A stretch of DNA of 64,000 nucleotides from Melittangium boletus DSM 14713 (GTDB taxonomy: Bacteria > Myxococcota > Myxococcia > Myxococcales > Myxococcaceae): the NCBI RefSeq assembly GCF_002305855.1, contig NZ_CP022163.1, forward strand, positions 6,875,765-6,939,764, read 5' to 3'. Shown in pieces: positions 8,883-17,814 of this stretch. Position 1 is the first letter of the stretch. Each line of letters begins with the position of its first letter. Under the pieces are notes generated by a model. That model had not been told where the DNA came from and ran no database searches. It was given only the letters and a program-made list of their open reading frames with translations. Position numbers and translations under genes: made by a program.

Positions 8883-9815
8883 TCAGGCCCAGGCGTTGCG
8901 CCAGGTGCGTCCGCCCGTGTGAACGCGCATCTCGCGCAGGCGGCGCACCCGCTCGGCCATGGGCGGGTGCGTGGAGAACAGGCCCATGATGGCGCCGCCG
9001 GACAGCGGGTTGACGATGAAGAGGTGCGAGGTGGCCGGCGCCCGATCGTAGGGCATCAGCTCCGCGCCGTGCTCCAGCTTCATCAACGCGTCCGCCAGGG
9101 CATCCGGGTCTCCACACAGCTCGGCGCCGGTGGCATCCGCCCCGTACTCGCGCGAGCGGCTCACCGCGAGCTGCAGCAGGGTGGCGGCGATGGGCGCCAC
9201 CAGCAGCACGCCCAGGTTGCCGAGCGCGTGGGCCAGGCCGTTCTCGTCGTCATCGCGGCTCAGGAGCGAGCCGCCGAACCAGAAGAGGGACTGCGCCGCG
9301 TAGCTGATGACGCCCGCGATCGTGGCCGCCACGGTGCCGATGAGCGTGTCGCGGTTCTTCACGTGGCCGATCTCGTGCGCGAGCACGCCCTCCAGCTCGC
9401 GCCGGTCCAACAACTCCACGATGCCCGCCGTCACGGCCACCGCGGCGTGCTCGGGGTTGCGGCCCGTGGCGAACGCGTTGGGCGCCCGGGTGGGCAGCAC
9501 GTAGACCTTCGGCTTGGGAATGCCCGCGCGCGCGGCGATCCGCTCCACCATGGCGTGCAGCCAGGGGGCCTCGGCGTACTCCACCGGCCGCGCCCCGTGC
9601 ATGGCCAGGGCGATGCGATCGCTGAACCAGTACGAGGCGAAGTTCATCACGACGACGAAGAAGCCGGCGATGACGAGTCCCTGCGCTCCGCCCAGCCGCG
9701 CGCCCACCCACAGCAGGAGCGCCGTGAGTCCCGCCAGCAGCACGGTCGTCTTCAACGCGTTGCTCAGCCGGTGCCCCCAATTTCCACCACTCGTACGCAT
9801 CTCACCCGCGCTCAT
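8883..9815 (-). CDS. htpX: protease HtpX (M48 family)
   Basis: HEIGH zinc motif, four TM segments, and a C-terminal EYGADA motif. Confidence 0.85.
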   Translation of the reverse strand: MSAGEMRTSGGNWGHRLSNALKTTVLLAGLTALLLWVGARLGGAQGLVIAGFFVVVMNFASYWFSDRIALAMHGARPVEYAEAPWLHAMVERIAARAGIPKPKVYVLPTRAPNAFATGRNPEHAAVAVTAGIVELLDRRELEGVLAHEIGHVKNRDTLIGTVAATIAGVISYAAQSLFWFGGSLLSRDDDENGLAHALGNLGVLLVAPIAATLLQLAVSRSREYGADATGAELCGDPDALADALMKLEHGAELMPYDRAPATSHLFIVNPLSGGAIMGLFSTHPPMAERVRRLREMRVHTGGRTWRNAWA

Positions 9816-9896
9816 GGGCTCGCCTCGACTTTCCTTTCCTGTCCGGGTCCTGGAATGAACCTAAGCAGGCGGAAGGACGCGTCAAATGGCGCGGCG

Positions 9897-10307
9897 CTAC
9901 AGGTAGAAGCGGTCCACCACGCCCGCGGTCCTCTGCAGGATGGCGCTCCAGCCAACCCAGCCGTCGATGGGCGCGCCCTCGGTCGATTGCTCGGCCCCCA
10001 GCGCACCGAGCGAGCCCGTGCACCCCTGGATGGAGCACAACCCCGACTCCGCCAGGTGCTCCAGCAGCTCGCGCAGGGTGGGGATGCGGCGGGTCTCGAA
10101 GCGGTCCGCCACGTCCTCGCGCGGTGGGTGGAAGTCGGGAGCATCCAGCCGACCTTGGAGGAAGCGTTCCAAAGCCCACCAGAAGAGATACACTTCCACG
10201 CGGCGTCCGGAGGCCACCGCCGAGGCGGCGATGGCCAATCCCTGGTGGACACGGTCATAGTCTCCGCTGTGGAGAAAGACAGCCACCTTGGACGCGGGAG
10301 GATTCAC
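9897..10307 (-). CDS. DsrE/DsrF-like family protein
   Basis: 136 aa with a VAVFLHSG N-terminal pattern typical of the DsrE/DsrF peroxiredoxin-like fold. The family call is uncertain. Confidence 0.45.
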   Translation of the reverse strand: MNPPASKVAVFLHSGDYDRVHQGLAIAASAVASGRRVEVYLFWWALERFLQGRLDAPDFHPPREDVADRFETRRIPTLRELLEHLAESGLCSIQGCTGSLGALGAEQSTEGAPIDGWVGWSAILQRTAGVVDRFYL

Positions 10308-10348
10308 GGCGCCCTCTTACCGTGGCCTCTTGCGCCTGTCAGCCCTCC

Positions 10349-10378
10349 TTGCTAGGGAACAGCGAGGTCAGATAATCT
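10349..10378 (+). promoter_or_regulatory. candidate sigma70-type promoter of the mevalonate operon (TTGCTA-18-TAATCT)
   Basis: Sequence match about 30 nt upstream of the idi start. Confidence 0.25.
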
Positions 10379-10406
10379 CGGCGTTCTTGTATTTTTTTCC
10401 AGACAC

Positions 10407-11492
10407 ATGGCTCGGATAGAGGGCAGGCGGGACGAGATGGAAGAGGCGACGGCGAAACGGAAGGACGCCCATCTTGACCTCTGCGCGACTGGCGACGTCG
10501 AGCCGGCGGGCAACAGCACGTTGCTGGAGGACGTGCGCCTGGTTCACTGCGCGATGCCAGAGCTGGCCGTGGAGGATGTGGACCTGTCCACGGAGTTCCT
10601 GGGCAAGACGCTGCGCCATCCGCTGCTCATCACGGGCATGACGGGTGGCACGCCACGCGCGGGGGTGGTGAACCGGGATCTGGCGCTGCTGGCGGAGCGC
10701 CACGGGTTGGCCTTTGGCGTGGGCAGTCAGCGCGCCATGGCGGAGAGGCCGCAACTGGGCGAGACCTTCCAGGTGCGGGATGTGGCGCCCACGGTGCCAC
10801 TGCTCGGCAACATCGGTCTGTACCAGGCGGTGCACCTGGGCGTGGACGGCGTGCGGCGGCTGGCGGACGCCATTGGCGCCGACGGCATGGCCCTGCACCT
10901 CAACGCGGGCCAGGAGCTCACCCAGCCGGAGGGTGATCGCGACTTCCGCGGCGGCTACAAGATCGTGGAGGCGCTGGTGAAGGCCTTCGGCGCGCGTCTG
11001 CTCGTGAAGGAGACGGGCTGCGGCATCGGCCCCGACGTGGCGCGCCGCCTGGTGGACCTGGGCGTGCGCAACGTGGATGTCTCGGGGCTGGGTGGCACCT
11101 CGTGGGTGCGCGTGGAGCAACTGCGCGCCTCGGGCGTGCAGGCCCAGGTGGGCGCCGAGTTCTCCAGTTGGGGCATTCCCACCGCGGCGGCCATCGCCTC
11201 GGTGCGGCGTGCCGTGGGTCCCGAGCCCCGTCTGGTGGCCTCGGGGGGCCTGCGCACGGGCCTGGACGCGGCGAAGGTGATCGCCCTGGGCGCCAACGTC
11301 GCGGGCATGGCCCTGCCGCTCTTCCGCGCGCAGCAGGCGGGGGGCTTGGAGGGCGCCGAGCGGGCCTTGAGCGCCATCCTCGCCGGGCTGCGGCAGGCGC
11401 TCGTCCTCACGGGCAGTGCGAACTGCGCGGACCTCCAGCGTCAGCCCCGAATCATCGTGGGCCAGTTGAAGGACTGGCTCACGACGCTGTAG
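10407..11492 (+). CDS. fni: isopentenyl-diphosphate delta-isomerase, type 2 (FMN-dependent); start may be the second ATG at 10437
   Basis: RKDAHLDL near the N-terminus, the GMTGG and GLGGTSW motifs, and the expected IDI-2 length. Confidence 0.9.
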   Translation: MARIEGRRDEMEEATAKRKDAHLDLCATGDVEPAGNSTLLEDVRLVHCAMPELAVEDVDLSTEFLGKTLRHPLLITGMTGGTPRAGVVNRDLALLAERHGLAFGVGSQRAMAERPQLGETFQVRDVAPTVPLLGNIGLYQAVHLGVDGVRRLADAIGADGMALHLNAGQELTQPEGDRDFRGGYKIVEALVKAFGARLLVKETGCGIGPDVARRLVDLGVRNVDVSGLGGTSWVRVEQLRASGVQAQVGAEFSSWGIPTAAAIASVRRAVGPEPRLVASGGLRTGLDAAKVIALGANVAGMALPLFRAQQAGGLEGAERALSAILAGLRQALVLTGSANCADLQRQPRIIVGQLKDWLTTL

Positions 11493-11538
11493 GAGTATTC
11501 GCGAGTTTCGCGAAGTACCTGAGTGGAGAAGAGAGAGC

Positions 11539-12867
11539 ATGTCCGAAACGGTGACGTCCCGGTTGGCTGGGTTCCACAAGCTGTCCATGGTGGCCCGGCA
11601 CGAGAAGCTTGCCCAGATGCTGAACCTGGACGACGCGGATCTGGCGCAGCTCCAAGGCATCGGCGCCCTCCAGCCCGGTCTGGCCAACCAGATGATCGAG
11701 AACGCCGTGGGCACGTTCTCGCTCCCGCTGGGCCTGGGCCTCAACCTCCAGGTCAACGGCAAGGACTACCTGGTGCCGATGGCCGTGGAGGAGCCCTCGG
11801 TGGTGGCGGCGGTGTCGTTCGCGTCGAAGATCGTCCGCGAGGCGGGCGGTTTCACCGCGGAGACCGATGAGCCCATCATGGTGGGCCAGGTGCAGCTCAC
11901 CGGCTATGGCGATCCCACCGAGGCGACCCGGAAGATCTACGCCGCGCGCGAGGCGCTGCTGGCGCTGGCCAACAGCTTCCACCCGTCCATGGTGAAGCGC
12001 GGCGGCGGGTGCCGGGACATCGAGGTGCGCGTGCTGCCGGCCCCCGAGGGGCCGCGGGGTGAGCCGCTGCTCGTGGTCCACCTGATCATCGACACGCAGG
12101 ACGCCATGGGGGCCAACCTCATCAACACCATGGCCGAGGGCGTGGCGCCGCTCATCGAGCAGCTCACCGGCGGCAGGGTCTTCCTGCGCATCCTCTCCAA
12201 CCTGGCGGACCGGCGGCTCGCGCGCGCCACGTGCCGCATCCCGCTCGAGGCGCTGGCGGACTTCGACATGCCGGGCTCGGTCATCGCCGAGGGCATCTAT
12301 CAGGCGAGCCGCTTCGCGCTGGCGGACCCGTACCGGGCGGCCACGCACAACAAGGGCATCATGAACGGCATCGACTCGGCGGCGATCGCCGCGGGTCAGG
12401 ACTGGCGCGCCATCGAGGCGGGCGCCCATGCCTTCGCATGCCGGGACGGCCAGTACCGGCCGCTGTCCACGTGGCACGTGGATGAGGGCTTCCTGGTGGG
12501 CCGCATCGAGCTGCCCATGGCGCTGGGCACGGTGGGCGGCCCCATCAAGGTGCACCCGGGCGTCCAGGTGAACATGAAGATCCTGAACATCACCTCGGCG
12601 CGCGAGCTGTCCATGATCTTCGCCGCGGTGGGTCTGGCGCAGAACTTCGCGGCGGTGCGCGCCCTGGGCTCCATCGGCATCCAGAAGGGCCACATGGCGC
12701 TGCACGCGCGGTGCGTGGCGGTGACGGCGGGCGCCCGGGGTGACTGGGTGGAGAAGATCGCCGAGCTGCTGGTGACGGCGGGTCATGTGAAGGTGGAGAA
12801 GGCCCGCGAGCTCATCGCCTCCCTGTCGGAAGAGGACTTCCGCGCGGCCACGGGCACCGAGGGTTGA
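11539..12867 (+). CDS. mvaA: hydroxymethylglutaryl-CoA reductase
   Basis: DAMGAN motif, ENAVG, and a length of 442 aa. RBS GGAGAAGAGAG upstream. Confidence 0.9.
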   Translation: MSETVTSRLAGFHKLSMVARHEKLAQMLNLDDADLAQLQGIGALQPGLANQMIENAVGTFSLPLGLGLNLQVNGKDYLVPMAVEEPSVVAAVSFASKIVREAGGFTAETDEPIMVGQVQLTGYGDPTEATRKIYAAREALLALANSFHPSMVKRGGGCRDIEVRVLPAPEGPRGEPLLVVHLIIDTQDAMGANLINTMAEGVAPLIEQLTGGRVFLRILSNLADRRLARATCRIPLEALADFDMPGSVIAEGIYQASRFALADPYRAATHNKGIMNGIDSAAIAAGQDWRAIEAGAHAFACRDGQYRPLSTWHVDEGFLVGRIELPMALGTVGGPIKVHPGVQVNMKILNITSARELSMIFAAVGLAQNFAAVRALGSIGIQKGHMALHARCVAVTAGARGDWVEKIAELLVTAGHVKVEKARELIASLSEEDFRAATGTEG

Positions 12868-13820
12868 TGAAGATGGATACGAACAGTGGTTTCGTGGGTT
12901 TTGGTGCCGGCAAGGTCATCCTGTTGGGGGAGCACAGCGTGGTGTATGGCTACCCGGCGCTGGCGGGACCGCTGTCGCGCGGGGTGACCGCGCGCGGGGA
13001 GCCGTCCAACAAGTGCCAGCTCGTCATCCCGGACGCGTTGATGCCCGAGCAGCGCAAGGTGCTCAAGGCCGCGTTCAGCCGGGCCATGGCGGCGTGCGAC
13101 GAGCCGGGCGTCAAGGTGACGTTCAACACGGATCTGCCCCTGTCCATGGGCCTGGGCAGCTCGGGCGCCCTGTCGGTGGCGTGCGCGCGCGTGCTCCTGC
13201 AGGCGGCCGGGCGCAAGGGCTCGCCGTCCGAGGTGGCCAGCGTGGCCTGGGAGATGGAGCAGGAGTTCCACGGCACGCCGTCGGGGGTGGATCACACGAC
13301 GAGCACCATGGAGCAGCTCATCCTCTACCGCCGCAAGCCGGGCGCCGAGACCGGGCGCGCCAAGGTGGTGGAGAGCCCCAAGCCGGTGCGGCTGGTGGTG
13401 GTGATGGCCGGCGCGCGCAGCCCCACGAAGATGACGGTGGGCGCGCTGCGCGAGCGCCAGAAGCGCTGGGCCGAGCGCTACCAGCGCATCTTCCGGGAGA
13501 TCGGCCTGCTCGCGTCCGAGGGCGCCGAGGCGGTGGAGGAGGGGGACCTGGAGGGGCTGGGCGACGTGATGAACGTCAACCACGGCCTGCTCGCGGCGCT
13601 GGGCCTGTCCTCGCCGGGGCTCGACGACATGGTGCACCGGCTGCGCAGCATGGGCGCGCTGGGCGCCAAGCTCACGGGCGCCGGGGGTGATGGCGGCGCG
13701 GTGATCGGCCTGTTCCACGACACGGAGCCGGCGGTGCACGAGCTCACGCGCCTGGGCTACCGCTGCTTCGACAGCCAGCTCGCGGGGCCCCGGAGCGAGG
13801 GCGCGAGGGGGGCGGCATGA
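12867..13820 (+). CDS. mvk: mevalonate kinase (GHMP kinase)
   Basis: GHMP motif PLSMGLGSSGA and GKVILLGEHSVVYG N-terminal motif. The ATG overlaps the mvaA stop (TGATG). Confidence 0.85.
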   Translation: MKMDTNSGFVGFGAGKVILLGEHSVVYGYPALAGPLSRGVTARGEPSNKCQLVIPDALMPEQRKVLKAAFSRAMAACDEPGVKVTFNTDLPLSMGLGSSGALSVACARVLLQAAGRKGSPSEVASVAWEMEQEFHGTPSGVDHTTSTMEQLILYRRKPGAETGRAKVVESPKPVRLVVVMAGARSPTKMTVGALRERQKRWAERYQRIFREIGLLASEGAEAVEEGDLEGLGDVMNVNHGLLAALGLSSPGLDDMVHRLRSMGALGAKLTGAGGDGGAVIGLFHDTEPAVHELTRLGYRCFDSQLAGPRSEGARGAA

Positions 13821-14809
13821 AGGCGACCGCCCTGGCCCATCCAAATCTCGCGTTGGTGAAGTACTGGGGCAAGCGGGATGACGCGCTCATCCTGCCCCAT
13901 CAGTCGAGCCTGTCCCTGACGCTCTCGCCCCTGTCCGTGCGCACGTCGGTGGCCTTCGGCGTGGGCGAGTCCGATGCCGTGGAGCTCAATGGCTACGTGG
14001 CCAAGGGCAGCGAGCGCGAGCGCGTGATTCGCGTGCTGGACGCGGTGCGCGCCGAGGCCAAGGGCCAGACGCTCGGTCCTGCGCGGATGGTGTCGCGCGG
14101 GGACTTCCCGGCGTCGGCGGGCCTGGCGAGCAGCGCGGCGGGCTTCGCGGCCCTGGCGGTGGCGGCGCGCGCGGCGGCGGGACTGCCGGCGGATCCCCGG
14201 GCGGCGAGCCTCCTGGCGCGCCTGGGCAGTGGCTCGGCGTGCCGCAGCGTGCAGGGCGGCCTGTGCGAGTGGATGCGCGGCGAGCGTCCGGATGGCACGG
14301 ACAGCTACGCGGTGCAGCGCTTCGACGAGAAGCACTGGCCGGAGCTGCGCATGGTGGTGGCCATCGTCAGCCGCGACGAGAAGGAAGTGAAGTCGCGCGA
14401 CGGCATGAAGAACGCCGTGGAGACGAGCCCCTACTACGCGGCGTGGACGAAGGACGCCGAGGCCGAGGTGGTGCGCGCCCGGGACTACATCGCCCGGAGG
14501 GATCTGCAGGCGCTGGGCGAGATGTGTGAGCGCAACGCCTGGCGGATGCACGCCACGTCGCTCGCGGCGGATCCTCCCCTCTGCTACCTGATGCCGGCCA
14601 CCCTGGCGCTCATCCACTCGTTGCGCGAGCAGCGCAAGAAGGGCGTGCCGGTGTGGTTCACCCTGGACGCTGGACCCAACCCCTGCATCCTCACGGACGC
14701 GGCGCACGAGGTGGCGGCCGAGGCCGTCGCCCGGGCCTGTGGCGCCACGGAGGTGGTGCGGTGCGTGCCGGGCGGTGACGCGCGGCTGCTCGCGGAGCAC
14801 CTGTTCTGA
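13817..14809 (+). CDS. mvaD: diphosphomevalonate decarboxylase
   Basis: NLALVKYWGKRD N-terminal motif and GLASSAAGFAAL. ATGA overlap with mvk. Confidence 0.9.
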   Translation: MKATALAHPNLALVKYWGKRDDALILPHQSSLSLTLSPLSVRTSVAFGVGESDAVELNGYVAKGSERERVIRVLDAVRAEAKGQTLGPARMVSRGDFPASAGLASSAAGFAALAVAARAAAGLPADPRAASLLARLGSGSACRSVQGGLCEWMRGERPDGTDSYAVQRFDEKHWPELRMVVAIVSRDEKEVKSRDGMKNAVETSPYYAAWTKDAEAEVVRARDYIARRDLQALGEMCERNAWRMHATSLAADPPLCYLMPATLALIHSLREQRKKGVPVWFTLDAGPNPCILTDAAHEVAAEAVARACGATEVVRCVPGGDARLLAEHLF

Positions 14810-15888
14810 TGGAGCGCGCGCTCTCGGCTCCGGGGAAGCTGTTCGTGTCGGGCGAGTACGCCGTGCTGTGGGGCGGCGTGTCGCGCGTGGCGGCGATTGG
14901 CCCGCGGACGGCGGCGCTGGTGCGTCGGCGCTCGGACAACCGGGTGCACGTGTGCCTGGAAGAGGGGACGCTCGCGGGCCGCACGACGCCCCTGGGCGTG
15001 AAGTGGGAGCGCGAGGTGCCCCCGGGCTTCTCCTTCGTGGCGCGCACGTTGGACGAGGCGTTGCGGCTGCATGGGCGCGAGTGCGTGGGCTTCGATCTGG
15101 CGCTGGCGCCCTCGGCGGTGGGGCCCAACGGACGCAAGCTGGGCATGGGCGGCAGCGCGTGCGCCACGGTGCTGGCGGCGGACGCGGTGCGCTACGTGCT
15201 GGAGGAGCGCTTCGACGCGCTCAAGGTGGCGCTCGTGGCGCACACCGCGCAGCAGAACGGCAAGGGCAGTGGCGGCGACGTGGCCACCAGCCACGCGGGC
15301 GGCGTGGTGCGCTACCGGCGCTATGCGCTGTCCGGACTCATCGAGGCGTCGAGCACCGGCGGCTATCGCGCGGCGTTGGATGGCTCCGCGCCGGTGGACG
15401 TGTGGCGCCTGCCCACGCCCCGCGTGTCCATGGGCTATGCCTTCACCGGGGAAAGCGCCTCGACGCGCGTGCTCATCTCCCAGGTGGAGGCGAAGTGGGG
15501 CGAGCAGGGCCGCCAGGACTTCGTGCGGCGCTCGGACGCGCTGGGCCAGGAGATCGAGCAGGGCCTGGGCGGAGGGGACTTCCGCGCCTTCTCCGAGGCC
15601 GTGCGCGAGCAGCAGGCGCTGTTGCAGGAGCTGGGTCCGCTGGAGACCGAGCCCATGCAGCGGGTGCTGAGCCTGGCCTCGGCGTATGGCTGCGTGGGCA
15701 AGCAGTCCGGAGCCGGTGGCGGAGACGGGTGCATCCTGTTCGCCCCGGACGCCGGGCAGCGCGCGGCGCTCCTGGAAGGTATCCGCGCGCGAGGCTTCCA
15801 CACGCTGGAACTCGAGGTGGAGCCGGGCGTACGGGGTGAGGCCCAGGCGGAGCCGACCTTGCGCTCGTGGCTCGACGCCGTCCGATGA
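14809..15888 (+). CDS. phosphomevalonate kinase (GHMP family)
   Basis: APGKLFVSGEYAVL N-terminus and GMGGSACATV GHMP motif. One-nt overlap with the mvaD stop. Confidence 0.8.
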   Translation: MERALSAPGKLFVSGEYAVLWGGVSRVAAIGPRTAALVRRRSDNRVHVCLEEGTLAGRTTPLGVKWEREVPPGFSFVARTLDEALRLHGRECVGFDLALAPSAVGPNGRKLGMGGSACATVLAADAVRYVLEERFDALKVALVAHTAQQNGKGSGGDVATSHAGGVVRYRRYALSGLIEASSTGGYRAALDGSAPVDVWRLPTPRVSMGYAFTGESASTRVLISQVEAKWGEQGRQDFVRRSDALGQEIEQGLGGGDFRAFSEAVREQQALLQELGPLETEPMQRVLSLASAYGCVGKQSGAGGGDGCILFAPDAGQRAALLEGIRARGFHTLELEVEPGVRGEAQAEPTLRSWLDAVR

Positions 15889-16751
15889 TGCCGCGCCTGG
15901 GGCGGGTGTTGCTGCTCGCCGGGCTCCTGGGCTGCGTGCCGGGAGTGGCGGCTTCCTCCGAGCCCCGCGCGCCCACGCGCGAGGAGCGGGTCCGTTACCC
16001 CTGGCTGTCCTCGACGCGCACCATTCGTCCGCTCGTCGAGGCCCTGCCGGTACCCGAGGGCTACACGCGGGTCGCGGTCGAGCCGGGTTCCTTCGGGGAC
16101 TGGCTGCGGGGCTTGCCGCTGCGTCCCGCGGGCACGCCGGTGCGCGACTTCCGGGGCCAGGAAATCCTCTCGGCCCGGGATGCGTTCCTGGGCGCGGTGG
16201 CCGAGCTGGACGTGGGCCCCGTCAACCTCCAGCAGTGCGCGGACTCCATCATCCGCCTGCATGCCGAGTGGTTGTGGTCCCGGGGCCAGCAGGAGCGCAT
16301 CTCCTACCGCTTCACCAGCGGGGACGTGGCCTCGTGGTCCCGGTACGCGGCGGGGGAACGCGCGCGGGTGTCTGGCTCCAAGGTGACGTGGACGAAGAGC
16401 GGGCCGGTGGACGCCTCACGCGCCGCGTTCCAGCGCTATCTGGATCTGGTCTTCACCTACGCGGGCACCCTGTCGCTGGAGACGGTGAAGCAGAAGCCCT
16501 CGCGTGAGGACGTGCGTCCGGGAGACTTCTTCGTGTCGGGTGGTAGTCCGGGCCATGCGGTGCTGGTGCTGGACGTGGCGCGAAACGAGGAGGGCAAACG
16601 GGTGGCGCTGCTTGGCCAGGGCTTCATCCCCGCGCAGGACTTCCATGTCCTCTCACCCGGTGGGGAGGGCCCCTGGTTTCCTCTCGACGGAGACACGGTG
16701 GCCACGCCTTTCTGGAAGCCTTTCGCCTGGTCCTCGCTGCGCCGCTGGTAG
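15885..16751 (+). CDS. DUF4846-like lipoprotein
   Basis: Lipobox LLGC signal peptide. The start ATG overlaps the pmk stop (ATGATG). The family assignment is from recollection. Confidence 0.55.
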   Translation: MMPRLGRVLLLAGLLGCVPGVAASSEPRAPTREERVRYPWLSSTRTIRPLVEALPVPEGYTRVAVEPGSFGDWLRGLPLRPAGTPVRDFRGQEILSARDAFLGAVAELDVGPVNLQQCADSIIRLHAEWLWSRGQQERISYRFTSGDVASWSRYAAGERARVSGSKVTWTKSGPVDASRAAFQRYLDLVFTYAGTLSLETVKQKPSREDVRPGDFFVSGGSPGHAVLVLDVARNEEGKRVALLGQGFIPAQDFHVLSPGGEGPWFPLDGDTVATPFWKPFAWSSLRRW

Positions 16752-16808
16752 AGTGGTTCCGCTTTTTCCAGACGTCAGGAGGTTTCATCATGCGAATCCT
16801 CGGTACTC

Positions 16809-17096
16809 TTGACCTATCTGTACCGGCTGGACCCGGGCACGTTGGGCTCGTTGAGACTGGAGCGGTTGGCGGCGAACCGCTCCGGGGGGCCGGGGACGGC
16901 CGGGGGACCGGGGACGGCCTACGTGACCTCGCTCATCCTCCACCCGGCCGCGGTCGAGGTGTCGGGCTCGCGGTACGGGGAGTTGGTGACCGCCTACCCC
17001 TCCGGCACCTACGTGTTCGGGCCAGGTTCCTTCTTCACCGCCGTCTATCCTGACTTCTTCGGTCCGGTGCAGCGGCCCTGGCTCTCCATCTACTGA
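16809..17096 (+). CDS. small Gly-rich ORF (TTG or internal GTG start) containing a tandem 18-nt repeat; coding status uncertain
   Basis: GC3 is about 90% in this frame and about 60% in the overlapping RBS-ATG frame (16790-17053). There are five TTG codons in the first 30, which is unusual for a genome that uses TTG rarely. Confidence 0.25.
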   Translation: MTYLYRLDPGTLGSLRLERLAANRSGGPGTAGGPGTAYVTSLILHPAAVEVSGSRYGELVTAYPSGTYVFGPGSFFTAVYPDFFGPVQRPWLSIY

Positions 17097-17163
17097 GCCT
17101 CCAGGGCGGACTCGCGTCTGGGATTGGCCGGTCCCTCGGGCGTGTCAGACACGCTCATAGACT

Positions 17164-17199
17164 CATGAAAGTCTCTTCTCCCCTTGGAGGACTTTCATG
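17164..17199 (+). promoter_or_regulatory. 10-bp perfect inverted repeat (CATGAAAGTC-16 nt-GACTTTCATG) that encloses the Shine-Dalgarno sequence and start codon of the downstream gene
   Basis: The repeat is visible directly in the sequence. The GGAGG lies in the loop/stem junction and the ATG at 17197 lies in the 3' arm. Confidence 0.35.
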
Positions 17200-17784
17200 C
17201 GCAGCGTTTCGTCCGCGGTTGTCTCCCTGTGTCTGGGTGTTCTGGCTTCTTCCTCCGCGAACGCCCAGTCCTTGGAGTTCGTTGAGCAGTCCGAGGCGCT
17301 GGCCACGACCCTGAGTTGCACCGCGCCGACCGGGACGTTGTTCCTGGACGGTGACGCGGGCAACCCCGTGCTCGGCCAGCCCCGCGATTACATCCACCCC
17401 GGCGCGGATGTCATCACCAATGGCACGTGGAATGCCTACGTGTACTCCAGCACGAGCCGTGACTACGTGCGGCTCGATCTGACGCCCACGAACTCGAGTC
17501 AGGGGCTCTGGTGGGACGTGGAGTTCTCGAGCCGGGCCCTCGGCCGGCCGTTGACGGTGGGGACCTACACCAACGCGCAGCGTGCCGCGTTCGCCTCCTC
17601 CGGCCATCCGGGTCTGGATGTGGGCGGGGACGGGCGGGGTTGCAACACCATCGAGGGGGAGTTCCAGATTCATGAAATCGTCTGGGACTCGGTGGGCCTG
17701 CGCAAGCTGTCCGCGTCGTTCCGTCAGCGCTGCGAGGGCGGCGCCGCGGTGCTGCGCGGCATGGTGGCCTACGCGCGTCCGTGA
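17197..17784 (+). CDS. secreted hypothetical protein
   Basis: Sec signal peptide (VVSLCLGVLASSSANAQS), a GGAGG RBS, and high GC3. No family recognised. Confidence 0.6.
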   Translation: MRSVSSAVVSLCLGVLASSSANAQSLEFVEQSEALATTLSCTAPTGTLFLDGDAGNPVLGQPRDYIHPGADVITNGTWNAYVYSSTSRDYVRLDLTPTNSSQGLWWDVEFSSRALGRPLTVGTYTNAQRAAFASSGHPGLDVGGDGRGCNTIEGEFQIHEIVWDSVGLRKLSASFRQRCEGGAAVLRGMVAYARP

Positions 17785-17814
17785 CGTGGACGCGCCTCGT
17801 CGGCCATCCGCCGT

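Noticed and set aside
16752-16808. AGGAGG-ATG start at 16790 as the true start of a small protein (MRILGTLDL...)
   Set aside because: That frame has poor third-position GC and a Gly/Arg low-complexity translation. Kept only as an alternative in the ambiguous-ORF finding.
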